A stretch of DNA of 64,000 nucleotides. Source: Sandarakinorhabdus sp. Its GTDB lineage: Bacteria > Pseudomonadota > Alphaproteobacteria > Sphingomonadales > Sphingomonadaceae. Each line of letters opens with the position of its first letter. The stretch's first letter is position 1. The position numbers and the translations under genes were made by a program. The notes beneath the pieces are model-generated. The model was given only the letters and a program-made list of their open reading frames with translations, was not told where the DNA came from and made no database searches. Shown in pieces: positions 18,349 through 26,667 of this stretch. Location of the stretch: NCBI RefSeq assembly GCF_040398665.1, contig NZ_JBBATQ010000006.1, positions 104,665-168,664 on the forward strand, written 5' to 3'.

Positions 18349-19431
18349 TCAAGCCGGCGCAAGAGCATGTGGATCGGCCACCCGCGTCGCCCGCGCCAGC
18401 AATGCCAGCGCACCAGGCACCGCGCCCAGACCGGCCATCGCCGCCCAGCGCCCGGCCGGGTGGCGCGCCAGCGCCAGCGCCGCCATGGCCAGCCGCACCG
18501 GCCGGCGCGTGCGCGCAAACAGCGCCGGCTGAAAATCATCGGCGCTCGCGCCGGCAGCGGCCATCTCGGCCGCCAGCCGGCCGGAGGTGAGCGCGATGCC
18601 CATGCCGTCGCCGCAGAAACTGGGGATCACCGCCGCCTGATCGCCCAGCCGCCACTGCCCATCGGTCGCGGCGCGCGCCAGATGGCCATAGGGCACGCGG
18701 CTGATCGCCAGCGGGCGCGGCAGCAATTGTTCGGCATCGGCCAGCGCCGCCAGTCCGGGTTCCCGCGCCAGCCGCGCCCACAGCGCCGACCAATCGCCCA
18801 GTTCGCGATACTGCGCGCCATCAACGAGCAGGCACAGATTGAGCCGGCCGCCCTCCACCGGCTGCAACCCGGCATAGCCGCCATCAAAAAACGTCACCGC
18901 CACGGTGCCCGACAGCGCGCGACTGAGGCTGGCGCTGCGCAGATACATCTTGAACCCGATCTGATCCGGCCCGGGCGGGCGGGCATGGCCGCGAATGTCG
19001 TGCTTGCCGCTGGCCAGCATCACGGTGGGCGCGCTGATGTCGCCGGCGCTGGTGTGGGCGATGCTGCCCGAAAGGCCGCGCACGCTCACGCCGCGCTGCA
19101 CCGCGACCCCTGCCCGCGCGGCACGCGCCAGCAACGCCTCATCCAGCACGCGGCGCGTCAGGCTGAGCGCCGGGAACGGTAATTGCGCCGCCACATGGCG
19201 CCGACCGGCGTTGATCCGCACGCGGGTGATCGGCACCGCGCCATGCGCCACCGGATCGACACCCAGCGCGACCAGCGCCGCCACCGCCTCGCCGCTCAGA
19301 AATTCGCCGCAGATCTTGTCGTGCGGGGCACTTTCCCGCTCCAGCAGCAGCGACGCGTGCCCGGCGCAGGCCAGATCGATGGCCGCGGCAGTGCCGGCCA
19401 GCCCGCCGCCGATGATCAGGGCGTTTCGCAT
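18349..19431 (-). CDS. FAD-dependent oxidoreductase (geranylgeranyl-reductase / flavin monooxygenase-like), srsC-like position
   Basis: MRNALIIGGGLAGTAAAIDLACAGHASLLLERE...KICGEFLS. Start moved to an internal Met. Overlaps the methyltransferase stop by 16 nt. Confidence 0.75.
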   Translation of the reverse strand: MRNALIIGGGLAGTAAAIDLACAGHASLLLERESAPHDKICGEFLSGEAVAALVALGVDPVAHGAVPITRVRINAGRRHVAAQLPFPALSLTRRVLDEALLARAARAGVAVQRGVSVRGLSGSIAHTSAGDISAPTVMLASGKHDIRGHARPPGPDQIGFKMYLRSASLSRALSGTVAVTFFDGGYAGLQPVEGGRLNLCLLVDGAQYRELGDWSALWARLAREPGLAALADAEQLLPRPLAISRVPYGHLARAATDGQWRLGDQAAVIPSFCGDGMGIALTSGRLAAEMAAAGASADDFQPALFARTRRPVRLAMAALALARHPAGRWAAMAGLGAVPGALALLARATRVADPHALAPA

Positions 19432-20150
19432 GAGGCCACCGTATGGCGGAACGGCACATGCCAGCGCACCCGCGCGCGCACCCCGGCCTGATCCAGCAGC
19501 CGCGCCCAATCGGCACGCGTGAAGGCGCGGCGCACCGACAGCGCGCCATCATGGGCAACGATGGGATGCCAGCGCAGCAGCAGCGCCAGTGCGCGGAAGC
19601 CGGCCCAGGCGATCGGATGGCGATGCAGATCATTGATCAGCCAGCCGCGCAGCGCCGCGCCCTGCATCCATCTGATGAACCCGACCAGTTCGGCATCGTC
19701 CATGTGATGCGCGACAAGGCTGGAAATGATGAAATCCGGCCGAAACCCCAGCATCTCGGCGCGGCCAGTGCGATAATCGATGCCAAGCGCCGGATCGGTG
19801 GCCGCGCGCGCCACCGGCGCCGAGCGCGGGTTGAGATCGATGCCGATCAACCGCACCTGCTTGCCGGAATCGCGCGCCCAGGCCGCGATGGCGCGCAGCA
19901 TGTCACCATGGCCGAAGCCGACATCGAGCACGGAAAAGCTTTGCACCCCCCGCGTCTGCCGTTTCAGCCAGGCCAGCGTGGGCGGCCGCGCCAGGGTGAT
20001 CGTGTTCACCTGTGCCAGATCGGCAATCACCGCCGCATAGATGGCCGGATCGAGATGATCGTCGTCCATCACCTCCGGCAGATCGGCACGGCGGCTGAAA
20101 TCCAGCGGCGCACGCGGCCACGCCGCCGGCACCACGAACGACTTGTTCAT
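19416..20150 (-). CDS. Class I SAM-dependent methyltransferase, srsB-like position
   Basis: SAM motif VLDVGFGHGDMLRAIA. Start at MNKSFVV, overlapping the PKS stop (ATGA at 20147-20150). Confidence 0.75.
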   Translation of the reverse strand: MNKSFVVPAAWPRAPLDFSRRADLPEVMDDDHLDPAIYAAVIADLAQVNTITLARPPTLAWLKRQTRGVQSFSVLDVGFGHGDMLRAIAAWARDSGKQVRLIGIDLNPRSAPVARAATDPALGIDYRTGRAEMLGFRPDFIISSLVAHHMDDAELVGFIRWMQGAALRGWLINDLHRHPIAWAGFRALALLLRWHPIVAHDGALSVRRAFTRADWARLLDQAGVRARVRWHVPFRHTVASCETP

Positions 20151-21244
20151 CCGACCGCCGTGAAGCGGAAGCTTTCCGCCGCCAGGCCCGGCCCGAACGC
20201 CACCGCAAAGCCCGGCGTGCCGCGCGGCACCGCCGTGCCGATGCCGGCCATGATGCGTTGCAGCACGAACATCACCGTCGCGCTGCTCATGTTGCCGCAT
20301 TCGCGCAGCACGTCGCGCGACCAGTTGAGGGCGCCCTGCCCCAGGCCGAGCCCGCTTTCCACCGCATCCAAGATGGCGCGGCCGCCGCCATGCACGGCCC
20401 AGACGCCATAATCATCCGGGCTGTGGCCGCGCAGCAGATCGGCCCCGGCCGGGCCGGCCAGCGCGCGCTGCAACAGCGGCGGCACCTGGCCGGACAGATG
20501 CATGTCATAGCCCTGATCGCCGATCCGCCAGGTGATGGCATCGGCCGAATCGGCAACGGTAGTGGCACGGAAATCGACCAGCGCGAGGCCGTGTGGATCG
20601 GCACTGACCAGCGCCGCCGAACAGCCATCGCCGAACAACAACATGGCAAGCAGGCTTTCCAGTTCGCCGGTTTCCTGAAAATGCAGCGTGCACAGTTCGA
20701 TATTGACCACCAGCACCCGCGCGGCGGGATCCGATCGCACGAAATGATGCGCCAGCCGCAGGCTGTTCACCGCCGCATAACAGCCCATGAAGCCGACATG
20801 CGTGCGCTCCACACCGGGGTGCAGGCCCAGGCGCTGAACAAGGATCTGATCGAGGCCGGGTGCGACCATGCCGGTGCAGCTGGTCACCACCAGATGGGTG
20901 ATGCCGTGCAACTCGGCGGCTGTCAGCCCCAACCCGGCAATGGCCTGTACAGCAAGATCGGGCGCGGTGGCCTCGAATCGCGCCATGCGCTTGGCGGTGC
21001 CGGGGAAGCTGCCGGGACGATAAAAGCCTTCAGCGTCGGCGGTGAAGCCATCGGGGTCCTTCACCGGCGTGAAAAAGCTCCAGCGGTGATCGATGGCCGA
21101 ACGGCCGACCAGCCGCCGGAAGATCAACTGGTCGCGGCGTTCCTTGATCATCGTGCCGACGAAATCGACGAAGGCATCGTGCACGTCGTGGGGCGGCAGC
21201 GCAGTGCCGATGCGGTTTACATGCGCGATTGCGGGGGCGGCCAT
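20147..21244 (-). CDS. Type III polyketide synthase (chalcone-synthase superfamily)
   Basis: Catalytic triad contexts VVTSCTGMVAPG (Cys), WAVHGGGRAILD (His) and ECGNMSSATVMFVL (Asn). 365 aa from MAAPAIAHVNRIG. The upstream part of the 518-aa ORF is junk. Confidence 0.9.
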   Translation of the reverse strand: MAAPAIAHVNRIGTALPPHDVHDAFVDFVGTMIKERRDQLIFRRLVGRSAIDHRWSFFTPVKDPDGFTADAEGFYRPGSFPGTAKRMARFEATAPDLAVQAIAGLGLTAAELHGITHLVVTSCTGMVAPGLDQILVQRLGLHPGVERTHVGFMGCYAAVNSLRLAHHFVRSDPAARVLVVNIELCTLHFQETGELESLLAMLLFGDGCSAALVSADPHGLALVDFRATTVADSADAITWRIGDQGYDMHLSGQVPPLLQRALAGPAGADLLRGHSPDDYGVWAVHGGGRAILDAVESGLGLGQGALNWSRDVLRECGNMSSATVMFVLQRIMAGIGTAVPRGTPGFAVAFGPGLAAESFRFTAVG

Positions 21245-21323
21245 CACGATCCTTGAACTGAGTGTCACTTCATAACTGCGCCCCTCAGGCTTTGGTTGCA
21301 AGTACCGCCGCTGCGGCCGATGG

Positions 21324-22247
21324 TTGCGGACCATGACTGCCCTCCTCCCGCCCGCTTCCGGAATCAGCGCCGTGCCCGGCATCCACATCGGCCATGCCCA
21401 CTGCGCGGCGGCCCGTACCGGGGTCACCCTGATCGTGCCGGCCCAGCCCGCGGTGATGGCGGTGGAGGTGCGCGGCGGCGGGCCGGGCACGCGTGAGACC
21501 GATGCGCTCAATCCGATCAATCTGGTGGCGCGCGTGCATGGCCTGGCGCTGGCTGGCGGATCGGTGTTCGGGCTGGCGGCCGGCGATGAGCTGGCGCTGC
21601 TGCTCAGCCACGCTGGCCGCGGCCTGCCGATGGGGGCCGGGGTGCCACCGGTGCCAGTGGTGCCCGCCGCGATCCTGTTCGATCTGGCCAATGGTGGGGA
21701 CAAGAACTGGGGCCTCGATCCGCCCTATCGGCGGTTGACGCGCGAGGCCTTTGCCCATCTCGGCCAGCCGGGCAGCGATGGCCATGGCGCGATCGGCGCC
21801 GGCCATGGCGCACGATCGGGCAGCCGCGACGGCGGCATCGGCAGCCTGGCCCGCGACATCGGTGACGGCGTGATCGTCGGGGCACTGATTGCCGCGAACA
21901 GCTTTGGCGAAGTCTATGCCGGCGCGCCGCCGGATGATGGCCCGGTGGATATGCCCAAATTGACCGGCAACCGCGATTTCGGTCGCCAGAACACGGTGAT
22001 CGGCGCGGTCGCCACCAACGCGCCGTTGACGCGCGCGCAGGCATTGCGGGTGGCGATGGTGGCGCAATCCGGACTGGCCCGCGTCGTGCGGCCGGTGCAC
22101 ACCCAGTTTGATGGCGATTGCCTGTTCGCCATCTCGACAGCGCCGACGAATATAGCGCCGGTCGATGATGTGCAGTTGGCGATCATTGCCACCGTCGCGG
22201 CCGATCTGGTGGCGCTGGCCACACGGCAGGCAGTGGGACTTTATTGA
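21324..22247 (+). CDS. P1/S58 (DmpA-type) aminopeptidase family protein
   Basis: GIHIGHA...TGVTLIV...GGGPGTRETDALNP...ALAGGSVFGLAAGDEL...VPVVPAAILFDL is the typical DmpA/BapA family pattern. An alternative ATG lies at 21333. Confidence 0.75.
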   Translation: MRTMTALLPPASGISAVPGIHIGHAHCAAARTGVTLIVPAQPAVMAVEVRGGGPGTRETDALNPINLVARVHGLALAGGSVFGLAAGDELALLLSHAGRGLPMGAGVPPVPVVPAAILFDLANGGDKNWGLDPPYRRLTREAFAHLGQPGSDGHGAIGAGHGARSGSRDGGIGSLARDIGDGVIVGALIAANSFGEVYAGAPPDDGPVDMPKLTGNRDFGRQNTVIGAVATNAPLTRAQALRVAMVAQSGLARVVRPVHTQFDGDCLFAISTAPTNIAPVDDVQLAIIATVAADLVALATRQAVGLY

Positions 22248-22792
22248 TCCTGCAATATCGCAATGCGGCCGGCCAGTTCGGCCAGTCGATCACTATAGCT
22301 GGCGCGATCCGCGGCGGTGCTGGTGCCGAGATCCAGGGCCTGCAGCCGGAACGCGGCACCCACCAGCGGCGCCAGCGCGGCGGCCAGTGACGATTGCGCC
22401 GCTTCGGCGCGGCCGCTCGCGGCGCTGTCATCGGCGCTGCCATTGGCGGCGCGCTGGGCGGTGGCCAGTGCTGCCCGCGCCGGGCCAGCAGCAGCCGCCA
22501 CGGCATCGATCACGCCATCGATGGCCGCCAGCTCGGCCTGTGCTTCCGCAAGAGTCGGCACCGGCACCGGAGGCGGCACATCCGGCGCAGCCGCGGGCGC
22601 CGCTGCAACAGGCGGCGCGCAATCGGCAGCCGCCGCGCAGCGCCCGCCGCCAACAACATTGCGCGGCACCATGGTGGTCACCTCACCAGCGCGCGGCGCG
22701 AGGCCAGGCCAATCGGCGCGGCGACCGCCACAGCCGGCCAGCGTGAAGGCGAGCAGCGGCACGACAAAAATCGGGTGAAACGGGCGCGCCAT
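22241..22792 (-). CDS. Ala/Pro-rich lipoprotein, function unknown
   Basis: Start at MARPFHPIFVVPLLAFTLAGCGG (lipobox LAGC). The upstream part of ORF 22241-22948 overlaps the tRNA and is rejected. Confidence 0.55.
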   Translation of the reverse strand: MARPFHPIFVVPLLAFTLAGCGGRRADWPGLAPRAGEVTTMVPRNVVGGGRCAAAADCAPPVAAAPAAAPDVPPPVPVPTLAEAQAELAAIDGVIDAVAAAAGPARAALATAQRAANGSADDSAASGRAEAAQSSLAAALAPLVGAAFRLQALDLGTSTAADRASYSDRLAELAGRIAILQDQ

Positions 22793-22866
22793 GAACCCCC
22801 GCCTAGAACGGCAAGGAAGAGGTTGCAATGGCTGAGACGCGCCGCTAAGAGGCCCATCCACAGTGC

Positions 22867-22943
22867 GCGCCCGTAGCTCAGCTGGATAGAGCATCAGACT
22901 ACGAATCTGAGGGTCGGACGTTCGAATCGTTCCGGGCGCACCA
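22867..22943 (+). tRNA. tRNA-Arg (anticodon ACG)
   Basis: 77 nt with a full cloverleaf: acceptor GCGCCCG/CGGGCGC, D arm GCTC-AGCTGGATA-GAGC, anticodon arm TCAGA-CTACGAA-TCTGA, T arm GGACG-TTCGAAT-CGTTC, and an encoded CCA. Confidence 0.95.
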
Positions 22944-23192
22944 CCCACTCAAAATACCCGGGATTAGCCGGGATGATGCGGGACATGGCGGGATTGTCCC
23001 CGCGGTATCGGGCACTTGCCTGGGTCCGGCGCATCGTCGCCAAGGCCTGGAGACAGTTTGATTGACGCAAGGCGCGGCAAGAACGGAGCCTTTCTCCCGG
23101 AGGCCAAAAACCATTCGGCAGATGCGATGCTGTTTTGATACAGGTGCGCAGACCCGCCGACCAAGCTGCTGGGCCGACGCTCGGCCGGGCTG

Positions 23193-23450
23193 GAACCCGT
23201 GGGCCTGACGCTGCCCTGCCCAATCAGTCGGTCGATTTGCGATCTTGGCGAGCCGCTGGCGCGTGTGCGTTACCGGTTGCCGGCCTTCGACGATCGCGGG
23301 TGCGAGCGTTGAGAGACGCAGCAGTCGGGTAAAATGCTCGGCCGAGTAGCCCTGTGATGCAGCCACGCTTGCAAGGGGCACGTCGACTGATGCGAGCATC
23401 ACCTGCCAGGCACCACGGGCCAAGGCGATAAGCTTGATCAGCGCTGGATC
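23193..23450 (-). pseudogene. 3' remnant of a recombinase gene (serine-recombinase-family C-terminal tail)
   Basis: DPALIKLIALARGAWQVML...YSAEHFTRLLRLSTLAPAIVEGRQPVTHTRQRL...PTDWAGQRQAHGF matches, from memory, the conserved ...LLRL..LAP.IVEAIL.GRQP......P.DW..QR..LGF tail of alphaproteobacterial recombinase-family proteins. No catalytic N-terminal domain is present upstream. Confidence 0.45.
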
Positions 23451-23749
23451 GGCCTGAGATGCACTGGAGGCCGTGTCGTCAGTCCAGCCCTTATCGCATA
23501 TGGTCTGGAGGGTCTCGACACGCGGCATACAGGGGGCAGCTGGCCCGGCCTGCGGATCTGGCAGGGAACGCTGGCGCTTGTGTCTGCAGCGCTGGGGCAT
23601 GGCGGGGTGCCCCGCCTGTGCAAGACACGGACGCCACGGTCATGGGCGGTGCGCCGCCACACCGCCGCAGCCCAGGGCGGACCTGCGGTTTCCTGGTTTC
23701 AGGATTTGATCTGGGTCAGGCTGCAAACGCGACCGAGCACACAGATGAC

Positions 23750-23802
23750 AACAAAAAATGCAGGGCTGGAGCGCACCGGTACACGGCACGCCCAACCCTG
23801 CA
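23750..23802 (-). terminator. Rho-independent terminator of the PEP-CTERM gene
   Basis: Stem TGCAGGGCTGG / CCAACCCTGCA (23759-23769 / 23792-23802, 10 of 11 bp). On the minus strand it is followed by TTTTTTG (23753-23758). About 65 nt after the stop at 23868. Confidence 0.6.
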
Positions 23803-23867
23803 TCATAAGCAACTTGCTACCAAGGATGGCGCGCTCGAGCCCTGATCGGCCGAGCGCGCATCCTGAG

Positions 23868-24620
23868 TCAGGCCGCGACGACCATTGTCGAGCGCCGACG
23901 GAAGGCGCCAACCAGGCCAAAGCCGACGACCAGCATCGCCCAACTTTCCGGTTCCGGAACCACAGCGGACACCACACCGGGCGCATCGCTGGAGAAGCTG
24001 CCGTTAGCCTTGGCGCGGAAGTCGTTGAGGCTCTGGCCGCTGGTGGCACCGAACGCGGCCGACAGGCTGGAAAGGACCAGATTGAGATCATATTCCGTGC
24101 TGTTCGGGAAGGTCATGAAATCCGACGACACGTTCGAGAAGGTTGCACCACCCGAAGTGTTCGCAGCCAGCGAGCCAGACGTGCCGCTGCCAACGATTGC
24201 GCCGCCGCCGAAGGTGGCGGTGAACACGTTGGATTGCGCCGCATAATCCGTCTGACCGACGGTAACGGCATTCTTGGTGCGAACCTCGAAGGTGCCGGCC
24301 GACTGGTTGGACGTGGACAGCGCCTGAACGAAGGTGCCGAACACGTTCTGGGCAGCACCGGTGGTATAAGCAGAAAGCTTCATTTCCACAGGCAGGGTAC
24401 CCAACGCGGTATTGAGCGCCGCGTTGGCGAACGTCACGCTCGCATCGACCCACATGGGCGAGGTGCCGTTGCCGGTCTGCGTGTAGATCCTGTTGGCAGC
24501 CTTGACGTAACGGACATTCGTGCCAGTCGTTGAGACTGCGATGTCGACAATGGTAACAGCCGAGGCGGCACTGGCAGAGGCCAGCAACATCCCAGCAACA
24601 AAAAGACGATGAATGTTCAT
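23868..24620 (-). CDS. PEP-CTERM (PEPxxWA variant) sorting-domain secreted protein
   Basis: Signal peptide MNIHRLFVAGMLLASASAASA, a Thr/Ser/Gly/Asn-rich body and the C-terminus VVPEPESWAMLVVGFGLVGAFRRR. GGGAGAAG Shine-Dalgarno sequence upstream of the ATG at 24620. Confidence 0.85.
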   Translation of the reverse strand: MNIHRLFVAGMLLASASAASAVTIVDIAVSTTGTNVRYVKAANRIYTQTGNGTSPMWVDASVTFANAALNTALGTLPVEMKLSAYTTGAAQNVFGTFVQALSTSNQSAGTFEVRTKNAVTVGQTDYAAQSNVFTATFGGGAIVGSGTSGSLAANTSGGATFSNVSSDFMTFPNSTEYDLNLVLSSLSAAFGATSGQSLNDFRAKANGSFSSDAPGVVSAVVPEPESWAMLVVGFGLVGAFRRRSTMVVAA

Positions 24621-24722
24621 GACTTCTCCCTTTGGTGTCTTGACTAACTTACGAGACAATTGCTGGCCCGTAAGCGCAGCAATGTCTTCATAGTCAAACC
24701 CGGGAGATTCGGGCGAAGTTGG

Positions 24723-24757
24723 ATGCCCATTATGGGCATGTTGTGCTCAATTTGAGC
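24723..24757. promoter_or_regulatory. Two adjacent palindromes (candidate operator) upstream of the PEP-CTERM gene
   Basis: ATGCCCAT-T-ATGGGCAT (24723-24739, perfect 8+8) and GCTCAA-T-TTGAGC (24745-24757, perfect 6+6). Both are related to the palindrome at 25828-25844. Confidence 0.55.
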
Positions 24758-25247
24758 TAGTCGCCGCCATGGCTTCGGTCACGGCAGGGACGTCCGGGCC
24801 TGCGACAGCCGATGGCGGGCTGATGATTTCGCACAGATTCGAGAAGAGGTTGAGGGGCCCCTCACTCTTGCCCAACAAGTGGGCAATGCCGTTGGCCTGG
24901 CAGAGCGAATTCGCCAGGACGCTTTTGGAGGTGGCGTTGGGGCTGGTCGCGACGATCATGGCCTGCTTTTGCCGGTTCTTGATCCGGCGGGCCAGTTCCA
25001 GGCCGGTCATGGCCGGCAATTCGATGTCGATCAGCGTGAGATCAAAGATCGCGCTGCGCGCCCGCGTCCAGGCGTCGTAGCAGTTGGTAAAGCAGGTGAC
25101 GCTATGGCCTTTGTCGCGCAATTTGCTGGCCAGGCTTTCGCGGAACCGGGCGTCTGCATCAACCAGCAGGATGCGCAGCGGCTTGGCATCTTCGGAACGA
25201 ACCGCGTCGGCGGCATCCAGTGCGGCTTTGATTTTCTGCTCGTACAT
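24747..25247 (-). CDS. Stand-alone response-regulator receiver protein (CheY-like) with a short C-terminal extension
   Basis: RILLVDADARFRE, FDLTLIDIELPAMTG (phospho-acceptor Asp context), MIVATS and LLGKSEGP. No output domain recognised. Confidence 0.8.
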   Translation of the reverse strand: MYEQKIKAALDAADAVRSEDAKPLRILLVDADARFRESLASKLRDKGHSVTCFTNCYDAWTRARSAIFDLTLIDIELPAMTGLELARRIKNRQKQAMIVATSPNATSKSVLANSLCQANGIAHLLGKSEGPLNLFSNLCEIISPPSAVAGPDVPAVTEAMAATSSN

Positions 25248-25301
25248 CTCACATACTCTGCTTGGCCAAAAGCCGAGGACCCAGCCCTGCGCTGTCCCGC
25301 T

Positions 25302-25727
25302 TCAAGGTGAAACCCGTGTCCGCTGCCGCCGCGAACCAACGCCGACCAGCCCGATCCCCGCAGCCAGCAAACCAAGGCAGGCGGCATCCGGGCCATCGAC
25401 CGTCAACGAACCGAAGTTCACGGTGAACAACCCCTGGCCCCCAGCGTGCATCCGGCCATCGGCAAACCCGGCGGACTGCGCAGGTGCCGAAATGACCGGG
25501 CTGCCCTCGATCACGGACGTTCGGGCAAAGTCGGGCATGGTGGTCGGGGTTGGTTGCTGGCCTGGGCCGCGGAACGTCAAGATGTGCGCAACGCTGGTGC
25601 TGTCGACTGGTTGGGCAACATCATTGCCGCCTCCAGACAAGAACATCGTTGCGGACAGGGCAGACGCTGCGCTTCCACAGGCCATAACTGCGAGGAATGG
25701 CAGAATAAAATTGACATGATTGCGCAT
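25302..25727 (-). CDS. Secreted protein with a PEP-CTERM-like C-terminal anchor (variant motif VDGPD)
   Basis: Signal peptide MRNHVNFILPFLAVMACGSAASA. The C-terminus is TVDGPDAACLGLLAAGIGLVGVGSRRQR (motif, hydrophobic helix, Arg cluster). GGGGAGGG Shine-Dalgarno sequence upstream of the ATG at 25727. Confidence 0.7.
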   Translation of the reverse strand: MRNHVNFILPFLAVMACGSAASALSATMFLSGGGNDVAQPVDSTSVAHILTFRGPGQQPTPTTMPDFARTSVIEGSPVISAPAQSAGFADGRMHAGGQGLFTVNFGSLTVDGPDAACLGLLAAGIGLVGVGSRRQRTRVSP

Positions 25728-25827
25728 TTTACCCTCCCCCATCCCTTTGCAGAAACCAAGTTTCGATAGTTTGATAAATATTCATTCGAGATGCGCAAGA
25801 TGCATAGTGCAGTTTTTCTAAAGTATG

Positions 25828-25844
25828 ATGCTCATTTTGAGCAT
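25828..25844. promoter_or_regulatory. 17-bp palindrome (candidate operator) upstream of the second PEP-CTERM-like gene
   Basis: ATGCTCA-TTT-TGAGCAT. It is 14/17 identical to 24723-24739 and its inner 13 nt (25830-25842) are 12/13 identical to 24745-24757. It lies 101 nt upstream of the start codon, versus 103 nt at the other gene. Confidence 0.55.
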
Positions 25845-25907
25845 GTTTACTTTTGCTATACAATCATGCCGACAATGAAATTGCTGCATGGTCGCATCGC
25901 GCGGCGA

Positions 25908-26414
25908 TCAGGCCGCATCAAGGGCGGCCGGCGGCGTGGCGGGCGCGCTGGTTGGCGCAGTCAGCCCGCGCAACAGCTTCAGCACCGCTTCATTCTCGAA
26001 ATTCAGGATCAGGCCCTGTTCGGTTGCGCACACGGCGCCCATCGCACTCAGCTTTTCCAACCGGCGCCGCATTGTCTGGCGGGGCGTGCAGGTCGCGCGC
26101 GCCACAGCGCTCTGCGATGCCGGAACCAGATTGACCGTCGAAAGTGTGGCACCTTTCGTGCCCGCCGTGCGTTGCGAGCGTTGCAGATTGGCCGTGGCGA
26201 TCGTGGTCAGCGTCAGCAGTTCTTCGGCGTTCAAGTGGGTATCGCGTTGCAATTCCTGAAACAACACGGCGGTCCGGTTGAGCGCAGCGTAGACACTGGG
26301 CAGCATGATCCCAAGCTCGCCCGCCAGATGCCCCATGACCTCCGACTCCACACGAGCCGAAGCCGCATGATCGTGGCCGGGCGCGAAACCGCGCGCAAAG
26401 GCATGATCTGTCAT
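25908..26414 (-). CDS. Hypothetical protein, possible winged-helix DNA-binding regulator
   Basis: 168 aa. The segment SQSAVARATCTPRQTMRRRLEKLSAMGAV looks like an HTH recognition helix. The opposite-strand 217-aa ORF is Arg-rich junk. No family recognised. Confidence 0.5.
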   Translation of the reverse strand: MTDHAFARGFAPGHDHAASARVESEVMGHLAGELGIMLPSVYAALNRTAVLFQELQRDTHLNAEELLTLTTIATANLQRSQRTAGTKGATLSTVNLVPASQSAVARATCTPRQTMRRRLEKLSAMGAVCATEQGLILNFENEAVLKLLRGLTAPTSAPATPPAALDAA

Positions 26415-26434
26415 GGGAGTTGCGCTTTCAGGCC

Positions 26435-26667
26435 AACAAGTTGAGTTTGTATTTGCCTTGTTAAGAATCTTTTTTAAGGCGATCAGCCGCCTTTGCTTTC
26501 GATATATCTGGATTTCACACTAAAGAGACACTGACAGAAACAAGTTCCTGATATTTCAAAGAACGGATAATGCATGGCGACCCCCCACGACTGCCCGATT
26601 AACCATATTTTTTGACTAGCGCGGCTGACGGTCTGGAAACAAGTTCTTGGATGCTCATATCGGGCAT
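26435..26667. repeat. Phased direct repeats in an AT-rich intergenic region
   Basis: AACAAGTT at 26435, 26539 and 26638, spaced 104 and 99 bp. The last two copies extend to GAAACAAGTTC[C/T]TG. A degenerate copy of the islet palindrome (ATGCTCATATCGGGCAT) lies at 26651-26667. Confidence 0.5.

Noticed and set aside
22793-22948. N-terminal extension of ORF 22241-22948 overlapping the tRNA-Arg gene
   Set aside because: The extension is antisense to a perfectly folding tRNA. A lipoprotein signal peptide with a lipobox begins at the internal Met (22792).
23580-24533. 317-aa plus-strand ORF across the PEP-CTERM gene, and 217-aa plus-strand ORF 25791-26444
   Set aside because: Both are Arg/Gly-rich with no motifs. 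The minus-strand frames carry a signal peptide plus PEP-CTERM anchor, and an HTH-like segment, respectively, with good Shine-Dalgarno sequences.
24621-25900. Sigma-54 (-24/-12) promoters upstream of the two PEP-CTERM-type genes
   Set aside because: I looked for GG-N10-GC elements in both upstream regions. I found only poor matches (for example GGGCCAGCAATTGTC) with wrong spacing or a missing GC, so no call was made.
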